DNA from: Eledone cirrhosa
Taxonomy: Eukaryota
Length of the DNA: 64,000 nt
Reading direction: 5' to 3'
NCBI GenBank assembly: GCA_964016885.1
Contig: OZ024745.1
Coordinates: forward strand, 43,834,001 to 43,898,000
Part shown: positions 1-15,357 of the stretch, in pieces
Position numbering within the stretch: the first letter of the stretch is position 1
Layout: every line of letters starts with the position of its first letter
The notes under the pieces: generated by a model
What the model was told of the DNA's origin: nothing
The model's database searches: none
The model's input: only the letters and a program-made list of their open reading frames with translations
Program-made: the position numbers and the translations under genes

Positions 1-2508
1 ATATATATACACATATACACACATATATATACACACATATATATATACACATATACACACATATATATACACATATACACACATATATATATACACATAT
101 ACACACATATATATATACACATATATATACACACATATATATATACATATATATACACACATATATACATATATATACACACATATATATACATATATAT
201 ACATATATATATACATATATATACACACATATATATATACATATATATACACACATATATATATACATATATATACACACATATATATATACATATATAT
301 ACACACATATATATATACATATATATACACATATATATATACATATATATACACACATATATATATACATATATATACACACATATATACACACATATAT
401 ATATACATATATATACACACATATATACACACATATATATACACACATATATATATATACATATATATACACACATATATACACACATATATATACACAC
501 ATATATACACACATATATACACACATATATACACATATATATACACACATATATACACACATATATATACACACATATACACACACATATATATATACAC
601 ATATATACACACATATATATATACATATATATACACACATATATATATACATATATATACACACATATATATATACATATATATACACACATATATATAT
701 ACATATATATACACACATATATATATACATATATATACACACACATATACACACATATATATATACATATATATACACACACATATATATACATATATAT
801 ACACACACATATATATACATATATATACACACACATATATATACATATATATACACACATATATATACATATATATACACACATATATATACATATATAT
901 ACACACATATATATACATATATATACACACATATATATACATATATATACACACATATATATACATATATATACACACATATATATACATATATATACAC
1001 ACATATATATACATATATATACACACATATATATACATATATATACACACATATATATACATATATATACACACATATATATACATATATATACACATAT
1101 ATATATATATATATATACACATATATATATACATATATATACACACATATATATACATATATATACACACATATATATATACATATATATATACACACAT
1201 ATACACACATATATACATATATATACACATATATATACATATATATACACACATATATATACATATATATACACACATATATATACATATATATACACAT
1301 ATATATACACACATATACACACACATATACACATATACACACATATATATACACACATATATATACATATATATATACATATATATACACACATATATAT
1401 ACATATATATACACACATATATATACATATATATACACACATATATATACATATATATACACACATATATATACATATATATACACACATATATATACAT
1501 ATATATACACACATATATATACATATATATACACACATATATATACATATATATACACACATATATATACATATATATACACACATATATATACATATAT
1601 ATACACACATATATATACATATATATACACACATATATATACATATATATACACATATATATACACACATATACACACATATATATACATATATATACAC
1701 ACATATATATACATATATATACACACATATATATACATATATATACACACATATATATACATATATATACACACATATATATACATATATATACACATAT
1801 ATATACACACATATATATACATATATATACACACATATATATACACACATATATATACATATATATACACACATATATATACATATATATACACACATAT
1901 ATATACATATATATACACACATATATATACATATATATACACACATATATACACATATATATACACATATACACACATATATACACACATATACACACAT
2001 ATATACACACATATATATACATATATATACACATATATATACATATATATACATATATATACACATATATATACATATATATACATATATATACACATAT
2101 ATATACATATATATACATATATATACACATATATACACATCTATATATACATCTATATATACATCTATATATACATCTATATATACACATATATACACAC
2201 ATATATACATCTATATATACACATATATACACACATATATACATCTATATACACACATATACACATCTATATACACATATATATACATCTATATACACAT
2301 ATATATACATCTATATACACACATATATATACATCTATATACATCTATATACACATACATATACATCTATATACACATACATATACATCTATATACACAT
2401 ACATATATATACACACATATATATACATATATATACACACATATATATACATATATATACACACATATATATACATATATATACACACATATATATACAT
2501 ATATATAC
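1..2508. repeat. Complex (AT/AC) microsatellite array
   Basis: Continuous ATATAC/ACACAT-type units, drifting to ACATCTATAT units near the right end. Confidence 0.97.
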
Positions 2509-3597
2509 ACGAATATAGTGAAGAGTTTAGCGTAAAAGTTGGCGTCCATCAGGGCTCTGTTCTCAGCCCCCTACTATTTATTATTGCCCTTCAGGCTATA
2601 ACAGAGGAGTTCAAGACAGGCTGCCCATGGGAACTCCTATACGCAGACGACCTGACACTCATAGCGGAATCAATGGCCGAGCTAGAGAAGAAATTCCAAA
2701 CATGGAAGCACGGCCTAGAGTCAAAAGGACTTAAAATTAACCTGGCTAAGACCAAAGTTCTAGTTTGTAGGAAAGAAAACAAGGCGGCGGTCCCTTCTGG
2801 GAAATGGTCGTGCTCGGTGTGTAGGAAAGGCGTAGGCAGAAACTCCATTTTATGTCCTAAATGCAAAGTATGGGTGCATAAAAGATGTAGTGGGATCACA
2901 GGTAAGCTAACTAAGAACATAGATTTTACATGTGGCCGGTGTTCTGGTGCAATAAGTAGCAGCAAGTGCCCACAAAATACTAGCTCTTTCAACTGCGCAG
3001 AGGGTTCTATAGAAATAGTGGACAGCTTCTGTTACCTGGGCGATAAAATCAGCAGTGGGGGAGGGTGCTCTGAAAGTACTGTAGCTAGAGTCAGAACTGG
3101 TTGGAAAAAGTTCAGAGAGCTTATACCACTAGTAGCTGCTAAAGGCTTCTCCCTAAAAATGAAAGGCAGGTTGTACGATGCCTGCATACGAACAGCAATG
3201 TTGCATGGTAGTGAGACCTGGGCATTGTGTGCAGAGGATATACGCAGACTAGAGAGGAACGAAGCTTGCATGCTCCGCTGGATGTGTAACAGTAATATAC
3301 GTGAACGGCAAAGCATAAACGAACTAAGGAAAAAATTAGAGATAAGAGGGATCAGATGTTGTTTACTCGAGAGAAGGCTGCGTTGGTATGGACACGTGAT
3401 GCGCATGAAAGTCGATAGCTGTATAACAAAGTGCAGGGCAATAAAGATAGACGGTAGCCACGGAATAGGCAGACCTAGAAAAACATGGGATGAGCTGATA
3501 AACTCCGACCTCACACACTTACACCTCTCCACCTTTGGCGGTACTCAGTAACAGAGAAGACCCGCCTTGCCAGTAGGCATCTCTAGCAAAATACACA
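2509..3597 (+). mobile_element. RTE-clade LINE, 5'-truncated copy A (RT C-terminal half plus Cys-rich domain)
   Basis: Translates to [29 protein letters not shown]...[30 protein letters not shown]. Near-identical to copies at 20-27 kb. Small deletion near the ORF end. Confidence 0.93.
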
Positions 3598-3843
3598 TCT
3601 ATATACACATATATACATACATCTATATACACATATATACATACATCTATATACACATATATACATACATCTATATACACATATATACATACATCTATAT
3701 ACACATATATACATACATCTATATACACATATATACATCTATATACACATATATACATCTATATACACATATATACATCTATATACACATATATACATCT
3801 ATATACACATATATACATCTATATACACATATATACATATATA
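3598..3843. repeat. Microsatellite (ACATCTATATACACATATAT-type)
   Basis: Direct reading. Confidence 0.95.
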
Positions 3844-4077
3844 TCACACCAGGACACGTCAAAACAGAAACTGACCACACAAAATTCAAGAAGTCTTTGG
3901 ACAAATTCCTCCAAGTAATCCCGGACAAACCACCCACACCCGGATATGTCTCCGCAAACAGTAATTCTCTTCTCGAATGGGCCATGGTGCCCAAATCCTG
4001 AATTGAAAGACTTCGCCAGGTGGTGCTATTAAGTTAGACATGGCCTGGGCCAATACTGGCCAAAACATTTCAAAGTT
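3844..4077 (+). mobile_element. CR1-like LINE 3' end fragment
   Basis: Translation [32 protein letters not shown] resembles the typical CR1-group ORF2 C-terminus, followed by a short 3' UTR. Confidence 0.65.
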
Positions 4078-4783
4078 ATACATATATATACACATATACA
4101 TATATATACATACACATATATACATACACATATACATACACATATACATATATACATACACATATACACATATATACACACATATATATACACATATATA
4201 CACACATATATACATATACACACATATATACACATATATATATATATACACATATATATACACATATATATACACATATATATACACATATATATACACA
4301 TATATACACATATATACACACATATATATACACATATATACACATATATATACACATATATACACACATATACACATATATACACACATATACACACATA
4401 TACACACATATATACAAACATATATATACACATATATACAAACATATATATACACATATATACAAACATATATATACACATATATACAAACATATATATA
4501 CACATATATACAAACATATATATACACATATATATACACATATATATACACATATATATACACATATATATACACATATATATACACATATATATATACA
4601 CACATATATATACACACATATATATACACATATATATATACACACATATATATACACATATATATATATACACACATATATATACACATATATATATACA
4701 CATATATACATACACATATATATATACACATATATATACACATATATATACACATATATATACACATATATATACACATATAT
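4078..4783. repeat. (TA/CA) microsatellite
   Basis: Direct reading. Confidence 0.95.
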
Positions 4784-4879
4784 AGGAACGATCGACTTTC
4801 GTCAAATCGGACCAAGGGAACAATGTTTCCGTTTGTCTTTCCAATTGCTAATACTATCTATCGGACGCAACTCCAGGTA

Positions 4880-4995
4880 GAAGGAGCAACGTGAAATAAA
4901 GTGTCTTGCTCAAGGACATAACGCATCGCCTGGAATCGAACTCACAACCTTACGATTGCAAATCTAATTCTCTAACCACTCAGCCACACGCCTTC
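4880..4995 (-). mobile_element. tRNA-derived SINE head (family A)
   Basis: Minus strand GGCGTGTGGCTGAGTGGTTAGAG (A box) ... GAGTTCGATTCC (B box) ... TGTCCTTGAGCAAGACACTTTATTTCAC; also at 27712, 32690 and 39830. Confidence 0.8.
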
Positions 4996-7776
4996 ACATA
5001 TATATACACACATATACATACACATACACATATATGTGCATACACATACACATGCATATACACACATATATATGCATATACACATATATATGCATATACA
5101 CATATATATATATGCATATACACATATATATATATGCATACACATATATATATATGCATACACATATATATATATGCATACACATATATATATATATGCA
5201 TACACATATATATATATGCATACACATATATATATATGCATACACATATATATGCATACACATATATATATGCATACACATATATATATGCATACACATA
5301 TATATATGCATACACATATATATATGCATACACATATATATATGCATACACATATATATATGCATACACATATATATATGCATACACATATATATGCATA
5401 CACATACATATATATATGCATACACATACATATATATATGCATACACATATATATGCATATGCATACACATATATATGCATATGCATACATATATATATG
5501 CATATACATACATATATATATGCATATACATACATATATATATGCATATACATACATATATATATGCATATACATACATATATATATGCATATACATACA
5601 TATATATATGCATATACATACATATATATATGCATATACATACATATATATATGCATATACATACATATATATATGCATATACATACATATATATATGCA
5701 TATACATACACATATATATGCATATACATACACACATATATACATATATATACATATACATACACATATACATACACATATATATGCATATACATACACA
5801 CATATATACATATATATACATATACATACACATATATGCATATACATACACACATATATGCATATACATACACACATATATGCATATACATACACACATA
5901 TATGCATATACATACACACATATATGCATATACATACACACATATATGCATATACATACACACATATATACATATATATACATATACATACACATATATG
6001 CATATACATACACACATATATACATATATATACATATACATACACATATATGCATATACATACACACATATATACATATATATACATATACATACACACA
6101 TACATACATATACATACACACATACATACATATACATACACACACATATATATATATACATACACATACATATACATACACACATATATATATATATATA
6201 CATACACACATACATACATATACATACACACATATATATATATATACATACACATATATATAGATACACATATATACATACACATATATACATACACATA
6301 TATATACATACACATATATATACATACACATATATATACATACACATATATATACATACACATATATACATACACATATATATACAGACACATATATATA
6401 CAGACACATATATATACATACACATATATATACATACACATATATATACATACACATATATATACATACACATATATATACATACACATATATACATACA
6501 CATATATACATACACATATATACATACACATATATACATACACATATATACATACACACATACACACATATACGTATGCATACACACATATACGTATACA
6601 TACACACATACGTATACATACACACATACGTATACATACACACATACGTATACAGACACACATACGTATACAGACACACATACGTATACAGACACACATA
6701 CGTATACATACACACATACGTATACATACATACGTATACATACACACATACGTATACATATACACATACGTATACATATACACATACGTATACATATACA
6801 CATACGTATACATATACACATACGTATACATATACACATACGTATACATATACACATACGTATACATTCACACATACGTATACATTCACACATACGTATA
6901 CATTCACACATACGTATACATTCACACATACGTATACATATACACATACGTATACATATACACATACGTATACATATACACACACACACGTATACATATA
7001 CACACACACACGTATACATATACATATACACACGTATACATACACAATTACATATACACACGTATACACACACGTATACATATACACACGTATACACACA
7101 CGTATACATATACACACGTATACACACACGTATACACACACACACACGTATACACACACACACACACGTATACACCTACACACACACACACACACACACG
7201 TATACACACACACACACCTACACCTACACACACACACACCTACACACACACACACGTATACACACACACACACGTATACACACACACACACCTATACACA
7301 CACACGTATACACACATACGTATACACACATACGTATATACACATACGTATACACACACACGTATATACACATACGTATATATACACACGTATATACACA
7401 TACGTATATATACACACGTATATACACATACGTATATATACACACGTATATACACATACGTATATATACACACGTATATACACACACGTATATATACACA
7501 CGTATATATACACACGTATATATACACACGTATATATACATACGTATATATACACACGTATATATACATACGTATATATACACACGTATATATACATACG
7601 TATACACATATATATACATACGTATACACACATATATATACATACGTATACATATACACATATATATACATACGTATACATATACACACATACGTATATA
7701 TATATACACATCCACACACACATCCAATCCACACACACACACACATATATATCCACACACACATACACACACATAT

Positions 7777-7854
<78 letters not shown>

Positions 7855-8421
7855 ATATACACACATACATACACATATACATACATACATACACATATAC
7901 ATACATACATACACATATACATACATACATACACATATACATACATACATACACATATACATACATACATACACATATACATACATACATACACATATAC
8001 ATACATACATACACATATACATACATACATACACATATACATACATACATACACATATACATACATACATACACATACATACATACATACATACACATAT
8101 ACATACATACATACACACATACATACACATATACATACATACATACACACATACATACACACATACACATATACATACATACATACATACACATATACAT
8201 ACATACATACACATATACATACATACACATACATACATACACATATACATACATACACACACACATATACACACATACACATATACATACATACACACAC
8301 ACACATATACACATATATACTCATATATACATATATACACACACACATATACACATATACACACATATACACATATATATACACACATATATATACACAC
8401 ATATATACACACACATATATA
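4996..8421. repeat. Large compound microsatellite (TATGCA-, TACGTA-, CA- and TACA-based blocks)
   Basis: Direct reading; source of the spurious Y/I/H/T-rich ORFs. Confidence 0.97.
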
Positions 8422-9272
8422 TTAAAATAACATTAAAGTTTAAGCAAAGAATCGCTGCTTTTAATAAATATTTGCTCTACGGTTTTTATATATTTGATAT
8501 ATATTTATCCTTATCGAGCCCTCTTTGGATTTTAGTCTTCAAATTTATTATTATTACTATACACACACACACACACGCACACACACACACACACACATAT
8601 ACACGTGTATATATACATACACACACGCATTGCCATATATACATATATATAATTTTATATTATATTACACACGCGCGCGCGACCTAGAAGGTTGATATCT
8701 GACAATGTGTTAGGCAGCTAACTACTACTCCTCTGTGCACACAGCATCGGCCTACACTTTTCCCATTGATAAACAGTATCTTGGCAGTTTCCTGGAGTAG
8801 ACCATGAATTTAAAAGCTAATTAAAAGTTTTAAGTAACAGTAAAAAAAGACATGTGAAACAGAGGCGAACGTAAACGAATTAAAGTTTCTGTCTACTGTA
8901 TTCCCCGGGGGACGGTAAATCTAGTCAACAAAGTTGACAAAGAGATAAAGGGAAACAGATTTTAGGAAAGGGTGGGGAGAAGTGTATTGATGACACATCA
9001 TTCACATTGAGTGTCTCGGGGGGGAAATGATCATAGTTTACCAATATAGAAACAATGTATATCACAAATACATGAAAACTTAATCGATTGTCATTGATTA
9101 CTGATAGATCTTTGAGTGATCAAATGGCTAGTGTTAATAAAGAATGGGAAAAAAGTTTATCAAAGGGAACTGGGATTACATGTCTTAGAAGGAAAGGCAA
9201 TTTTATTAAAATTGGTAGTAAATAGCTAGGTATGAAGGAGAAAATTCTTTTTTATATTATGGCTAAAATGTG

Positions 9273-9302
<30 letters not shown>

Positions 9303-9306
<4 letters not shown>

Positions 9307-9400
9307 TTGACCCCAAAAAATGTATACATACTTTGATTACCTGTACAGGCAATATTTATTAGAATGCACAGCCTGTGTGTATACATTTTTGGGGGACACC

Positions 9401-9403
<3 letters not shown>
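9303..9403. mobile_element. ~100-bp Tc1/mariner-type MITE in (TA)n
   Basis: Left TAGGTTGACCCCAAAAAATGTATACA versus reverse complement of right end CAGGGTGTCCCCCAAAAATGTATACA; TA flanks. Confidence 0.7.
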
Positions 9404-9443
<40 letters not shown>

Positions 9444-10320
9444 ATATATCATGACTAAGTGTGGACCTTGTTACTCAGGAGTTTCACCTGAACACTCAAG
9501 AGTAACAATGCTCACCATTTAGCCATTAAATATTCAAACTCTACTTTGGTATTGAGTAGCTGTTCTCCCGTCCGTCAATAATACACATATCTGTAAAGTG
9601 AAATAGTTTTCATGATGTGGAAGAACTAAATGACAATTGAAAGCACTGTCAATGTATGTATACACACACGTACAAATATGCACACACACACACACGTATA
9701 CACACATGTATACAAATGTATACACACACAAATCTGTATATAATATACACACAAATATGTATATAATATACACACATATGTATATAATATACACAGAAAA
9801 ATATGCATACAATACATATGATTATGCATAGATATATTTGAGACAACAGTAGCTATAGTCACCGGTGAAAAAAATATATGGCTAAATGAAAGTGACTAAT
9901 TTGGAACCCGGTACGTTTAAGAAATTTGTTAGTAGATTGATTGTCATTTTGTAATACCCCAGACACAAATATCTCAAACTGTGACACGTATGATAACACA
10001 TAGAAATTATCAAATTTTTAAAGCAATTTATAATTAGTAGCGGTGCGTTTTCGTTTACTTTCCTTACAAAGTTATGTGCCTATGACTAGATCATACAATT
10101 AAAGGGAAAGAAGGCGGGTTCTATTTCAACTAGGACGATAATATTCTTTTTAAAATTCTATAGATTTATATTATTTAAAGATACCAATTTATGGCTCAAT
10201 ATAAACGACCCGCATCTTTAATGCTTATCACACCTCGTCTAACTATTCTTAAACACCATTTTTGATCTTTTTTTTTCCTCCCTCCCTCTCCTTATCAAAA
10301 GATATGGAAATATTACTTAC

Positions 10321-10680
10321 ATAAATCAGGCCAGAATAGTAACGATCTTTCAAATTATAAAGTACTGAAGCTTCATTCAAACAGGTAAGTTCTGCCATAT
10401 CCTCAACTTTATTGAATTTAGGGGGGTTTGCTTTTTGTATGTCATCTCTGTGATATGTTGACCGCTTGCCAGTTTCTTCAATTTCGACGACAATCTCGTC
10501 GCCTTTTTCTTCTGCTACACAGCCGGCAATGAAGCCATTTGTGTCGTGGGGTACCCATACCATTCGTTTGGCAGCCCATTGTGATTGTGCCGAAGGGTCT
10601 GTTAGAAGATTGCGATCTACAGTGAGATATTTCAATTCTTGGGCGCTCATGCACGCAAACGGATCTTCCGCAGTCGCCAT
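10321..10680 (-). CDS. First coding exon of non-muscle myosin II heavy chain (MYH9/MYH10/zipper-like): SH3-like N-terminus and start of motor domain
   Basis: 120 codons MATAEDPF...LKYLTVDR...[10 protein letters not shown]...[49 protein letters not shown] start context, phase-0 donor GTAAGT at 10320. The gene continues leftward beyond the window. Confidence 0.95.
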
Positions 10681-10899
10681 TTTGTGTAGCCGTGTGTGTA
10701 TATATATGTATGTGAATGGCGCTTATATAAGGGCTGTGTTGCTGGCCCGATAATTTTTTTTTAGTTAGGAGCTGAAATTACGAAACAGGTTAAACTCCAA
10801 TGCTTCAAATGCACGCAGAAATATTCTGCTGGTGTTGTTAATAAAAAAAACAGCCACTTTTCTTTTCTTTCCACTTTATTCTCCGATCAGTGACGGAGA

Positions 10900-11020
10900 A
10901 CACTGAACTTTACCCCGGTAAGACAAGAATTTAAGTCGTAACTTTAGCTGTATTTATGATTGGCACATCATGTGACTCTTATTAAACCCGCCTCTCATTC
11001 ACCAGACACGCCTCCCCTTC
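10900..11020 (-). promoter_or_regulatory. Candidate myosin II proximal promoter
   Basis: Minus strand carries GC-box-like GGGGAGGCG and GAGGCGGG (10987-11017), E-box GTCACATGA (10968-10976), CCAAT (10959-10963) and CATAAATA (10951-10958), in locally CpG-richer unique sequence. Confidence 0.5.
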
Positions 11021-11442
11021 TCCAGCAAGTCTAAATGGCGTATCTTAAACTGACAGTCGTTGTTGTTCGCCTTAGCAACTTCGAATTCGGAATTATTTCC
11101 ATTTTTTTGGTTATAAAATAGATATTGTTTTGTTTAGTTTGGTTTTTCATTAGCAACTTAAAACATGTTGCTGCTAATGTCAATTTCATATTTTGTTGTT
11201 TTTTTATGTATCTACATTCTTAATTGGTGTCCTATAAATTATGATGGTTTTTTTCCCTTGCTAGTTCGAGCTAACAAAAAATATAATAATAATAAAAAAA
11301 GGAACAACAAAATAAACTTAAGCAACTCTCTAATATCTACTAACTTGTTTGTTTCTACATTTATTCTCGCCAAAGAAAAGTTTCATTGAGAAAATAATAA
11401 GAATGATCGTTGAATGGCGTTTACACTACAACAGCCTTGACG

Positions 11443-11632
<190 letters not shown>

Positions 11633-12419
11633 ATGGACAGGTGGAGATGAACGAAACAGCAGAACTACTAGCTGGGTATTTTTTTGTTGGGGTTTTTTCA
11701 TCTAGTTGAATACTTCACTGTTCTGAGTTCAAAGCCCACTCGTAGTGAGTCTGTCTTTTTACACTAGGATTGGGACCCATTGAAACAATCACCTATAACA
11801 TTATACACCCTCCCCCTACAAAAATTGGCCTAGTGCCCAGTTAAACAATTATCAATCTTTATACACATAAAATGTTTTTGTAAACATAAGTATATATGTT
11901 ATGACAGGTAACATTTGCTGGCTTTACCACTATATGAAACTGAATACACTTATACTCTGCAACACACCTTCCCTACATCTAATTGCAATCTCAACTAATT
12001 CATCTCTTCTTACACTCCAGCCTCTCTTGCACTCTTTCCTTTCGGCTTTCTTTTCTTCAGTTTAATTTAAATCATTCTCTGTTTTATAGTCGACCGGTTC
12101 TCTTTCTTTTGTTTTCTTTTAACGAGAAGCTCGAGCTTCTTGATATTTGTCCCAGTCTAGATTTTATATCAATTTTCATCTTTTTAACATAAAATTTCCT
12201 TTCTATCATATTTGATATTTCATCCTTCTGCACTAATTAAGGTGCTCTAATTTGATAATCATACATATCTTACGTATATATATATATATATATGTAGGAG
12301 GTGAGTTTTATTGTAGTACAATAAAGCAATGCAGATATCGGATAAGAAGCACTCTACAGTTTGTAGGACTGGAGTATACATAATATATAAGATCAAAAGA
12401 TGGTTAAAAGAGTTCCATG

Positions 12420-12490
12420 TATTTTATTATGCGCATTTCAAAAACAAATATCATCATGCAATAATATTTGTGTTTTCATCAGATAAAATA
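12420..12490 (-). ncRNA. Minimal type-I hammerhead ribozyme (mirror copy)
   Basis: Exact reverse complement of 12592-12662. Confidence 0.8.
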
Positions 12491-12591
12491 GGAAGACATG
12501 ATATGAAGGTTAAAAAACACTTGTGAATAGTGCAGTTGATTCAAAACTGCACTATTCACAAGTGTTTTTTAACCTTCATATCATGTCTTCC

Positions 12592-12662
12592 TATTTTATC
12601 TGATGAAAACACAAATATTATTGCATGATGATATTTGTTTTTGAAATGCGCATAATAAAATA
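12592..12662 (+). ncRNA. Minimal type-I hammerhead ribozyme
   Basis: Stem I TATTTTAT/ATAAAATA; CTGATGA; AT-rich stem II (ACAAATAT/ATATTTGT core); GAAA; palindromic TGCGCA; TA. Predicted cleavage after AUA (12654). Confidence 0.8.
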
Positions 12663-12721
12663 CATGGAACTCTTTTAACCATCTTTTGATTTTATATATA
12701 TATATATATAATATATATAGT

Positions 12722-13900
12722 CATCATCACCGTTTAATGTCCATTTTTCCACGCTAGCATGAGTTAGACGAGTTGTCCTGTTGTGAGATTAGTCAAATCA
12801 GATGACCATGTTTTACTCTTTACAGAACCGTTTCTAGCTTGGTTTCTACGGCTGGATGCCCTTCCTAATGCCAACCTCATTTATTGTGTGGGCTGGGCAT
12901 TTTTTGTCGTGACACCTATATGTGTGTGTGAAATTATATAAATACTACACACACAAGTATCATCATCATCAGCATTTTACATCTGGTTTCCATACTGGCA
13001 TGGGTCGGACAGGTCATCACAATCTGAGATTAAACGGTCAGAGAATTGCGTGTGGCTCATGTGTTCCATATTTTGGTGTGATTTCTATTGCTAGATGCCC
13101 TTCCTAAAGCCAACCATTTTGCAGGGTTTATTGGGAGCATTTTAACCCGGCACCTGCACTATTACTTTACAGAATGTACTAAAGTACTCAGAAAATTGAG
13201 GAGTCTTCTTAATACTATATTGTCTCTATTTAGTCGACAGCCACTTTATAGAATGTATTGGGTGCATTTTATTGTAGCCATAACACTAGAGACACTAAAT
13301 AAGTTGCCAAGTTCTCGACAGGACCAAAGAGTCTTTCTTCTATGTTCTTTATTATCCCAGTCTGTTCATCACCACTTTAAATGGAGTACTGAATGTGTTC
13401 CATCATAACACCAATACTAGAAAGGTTACTTTGTCCACTGCAGGATAAATGGACCTCTCCATTTCATGTATTCTCCAATCTCTAACCATATTTACTTTTA
13501 ATTTTGCGGGGCTTGTACTGGAAGGTGCATCTTTTCAAGATGTCACTAGTCAGGACAATTTTGTCATCTCCTACCTAGCATACAGTTTTTTTAAAGTCAT
13601 TCTTCACAATTTCATCCCATATTTTTTGGCTCCTTCTTTCACAAGTTCCATATTTTGGCATGATTTCTACTGCTAGATACCCTTCTTTATGACAACCACT
13701 TCACAGGGTTTACTGGGTGCATTTTATTCTGGTACCAGCACTAGCATTTTAGAGAGTTTACTAAGTGCATTTTATCATGGTACCAGAACTACCACTTTAG
13801 AGAGTGTACTGGATACATTTCATCTTGGCACCAGCATTTCCACTTTACAGTGTGTACTGGGTACATTTAATCTTAACATCGGCACTACCACATTACAGAA
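12722..13900 (-). repeat. Old RTE 3'-UTR-derived repeats, including ~45-bp tandem units
   Basis: (CAT)n tail, GGCTGGATGCCCTTCCTAA motif, repeated ACCACTTTACAG.GTGTACTGGGTGCATTTTAT units. Confidence 0.6.
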
Positions 13901-14029
13901 TGTTGCCTGCCAAGATGATGAGGTCTCACCAATAGCTGAGGTTGTCAGTAAAAGTTCATCATAGAACCGGTTCTTTAGTTCTTTTCTCAATCTGCCTTTG
14001 GTGCTTAGGTAGATGAGACTGTCACTATT

Positions 14030-14330
14030 CTATTTCTTATAGCTATTCTAAGCTTGATAATTCTGTCACTCTAACTACCTCTATCACCTTATCTCTTCAT
14101 TTTTCAGCAAGCAGAATGCCTACACCACCTACCCCATCATCATTTCCTACCCAATAAATTTTGGATCTATATTGTTTACCTGAGAGTAGTCATGTTGAGA
14201 CAGCTCCCCCAATATCACCTCCTGTACACAACATACATCCACTTCTCTCCTCTCTAACAGCTCCACAATTTCACTTGATTTACCTTTCAGGGTGCCAACA
14301 TTGAGAGTAGCAGTCTTGAGATTTGTAACT
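14030..14330 (-). pseudogene. Degenerate RTE APE-endonuclease N-terminus
   Basis: Minus translation ATLNVGTLKGKSSEIVELLERREVDVCCVQEV...SDRIIKLRI, with stops. Confidence 0.65.
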
Positions 14331-15142
14331 TGACAGTGATTAGTTCTTTGAGTAGCAGTTCATTGTACCTAGAAAGGGAAAATACTGTGCAATTGCTTAA
14401 CCCTTTAGCATTCACATTACTCTATATTTACTATTGTATTTTCACGGTAAAGGCTTTATCTTACATAATTATCGAAGCTATGAGATTTTGATATTATTTA
14501 TTTGAAGAACAATACTTTAATGTTAATATGAACAGCCGGTTATGGCCAGTTTGAACAGAAAGAGGTGAGAAAATTATGGCCAGTTAAAATGCTAAAGGGT
14601 TAATGATGGTTGAGGGATCCTTTCACATGGCTACTCTAGCCACCCCACTATCGTGCACAGCAATTAGTGTGAATCTTCCAAATTTATGTTATAAATCATC
14701 ATCATCATTATCATTTTTTGAGGCAATGTTTTCAGCCAGATCTCCTTCCTGACACCAATCCTTTAATCACTTTTTACAACATGCAGGGATATGATGTACC
14801 TATTCTAAACTGGGTACACATGCATGTGATGCATATGAAAAATAACAACTTTATAAGGAAGTATAGTGCATTCACAGTAGCTGGAACCTGTGGAAAGTGT
14901 AGACCCAGGAGGACATTGTATGAAATAATGAAGATCGATCTCAAGAAGCTGGACGTCATAATGGGGTTGACAAAATGAACATATGGTGCTGCAGATGACC
15001 CCTCTCACAAGTATAAGCAAGGCACCTGTCATGTTTCTATTAATTCCATCCCTTCACAGTCTACTGACCCATCTGTTACACCTTTACTCCCTTTCACTTG
15101 CCCCAGAAAATTTGAGAGAAAGAACAGTTCTGTCTGTATATA

Positions 15143-15357
15143 CAGAGTGAGTCATAAGTAACTGGGCAGTCGATGCCTTTTTATTGTAATGTTCACAATG
15201 TATTGAGGAACGGGGGTCAACTTTTTCGAACACTTGCTTTAATTATATTTTTTTAACTACTTTTGTTTGATGTATTTATAATTTCGTAATGTATGACCAG
15301 AATATTATCATTCAGAATTATAAATGTTGGACATCCGGTTACTTATGACTTACCCTG
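15143..15357. mobile_element. Tc1/mariner-type MITE
   Basis: TIRs CAGAGTGAGTCATAAGTAAC / CAGGGTAAGTCATAAGTAAC; TA flanks. Confidence 0.75.

Larger units (their letters stand above)
12296..12690 (-). mobile_element. Fold-back element: perfect 146-bp inverted repeat plus unique tail, in (TA)n; Penelope-like pLTR derivative
   Basis: Arms 12392-12537 and 12545-12690 with a 7-nt loop GATTCAA; each arm holds a hammerhead motif. Confidence 0.75.

Noticed and set aside
3519-8687. Very long Y/I/H/T/C/V/M-rich ORFs (up to 1174 aa), and similar ones at 34-37 kb and 62-64 kb
   Set aside because: Alternating purine/pyrimidine microsatellites lack stop codons and are open in most frames on both strands; not genes
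10249-10320. ORF extension [23 protein letters not shown] after YYSGLIY
   Set aside because: Read-through into the intron past a canonical GTAAGT donor
12040-12062. CTGAAGA...CGAAA on the minus strand
   Set aside because: No stem II or stem I pairing; chance match in a pyrimidine tract
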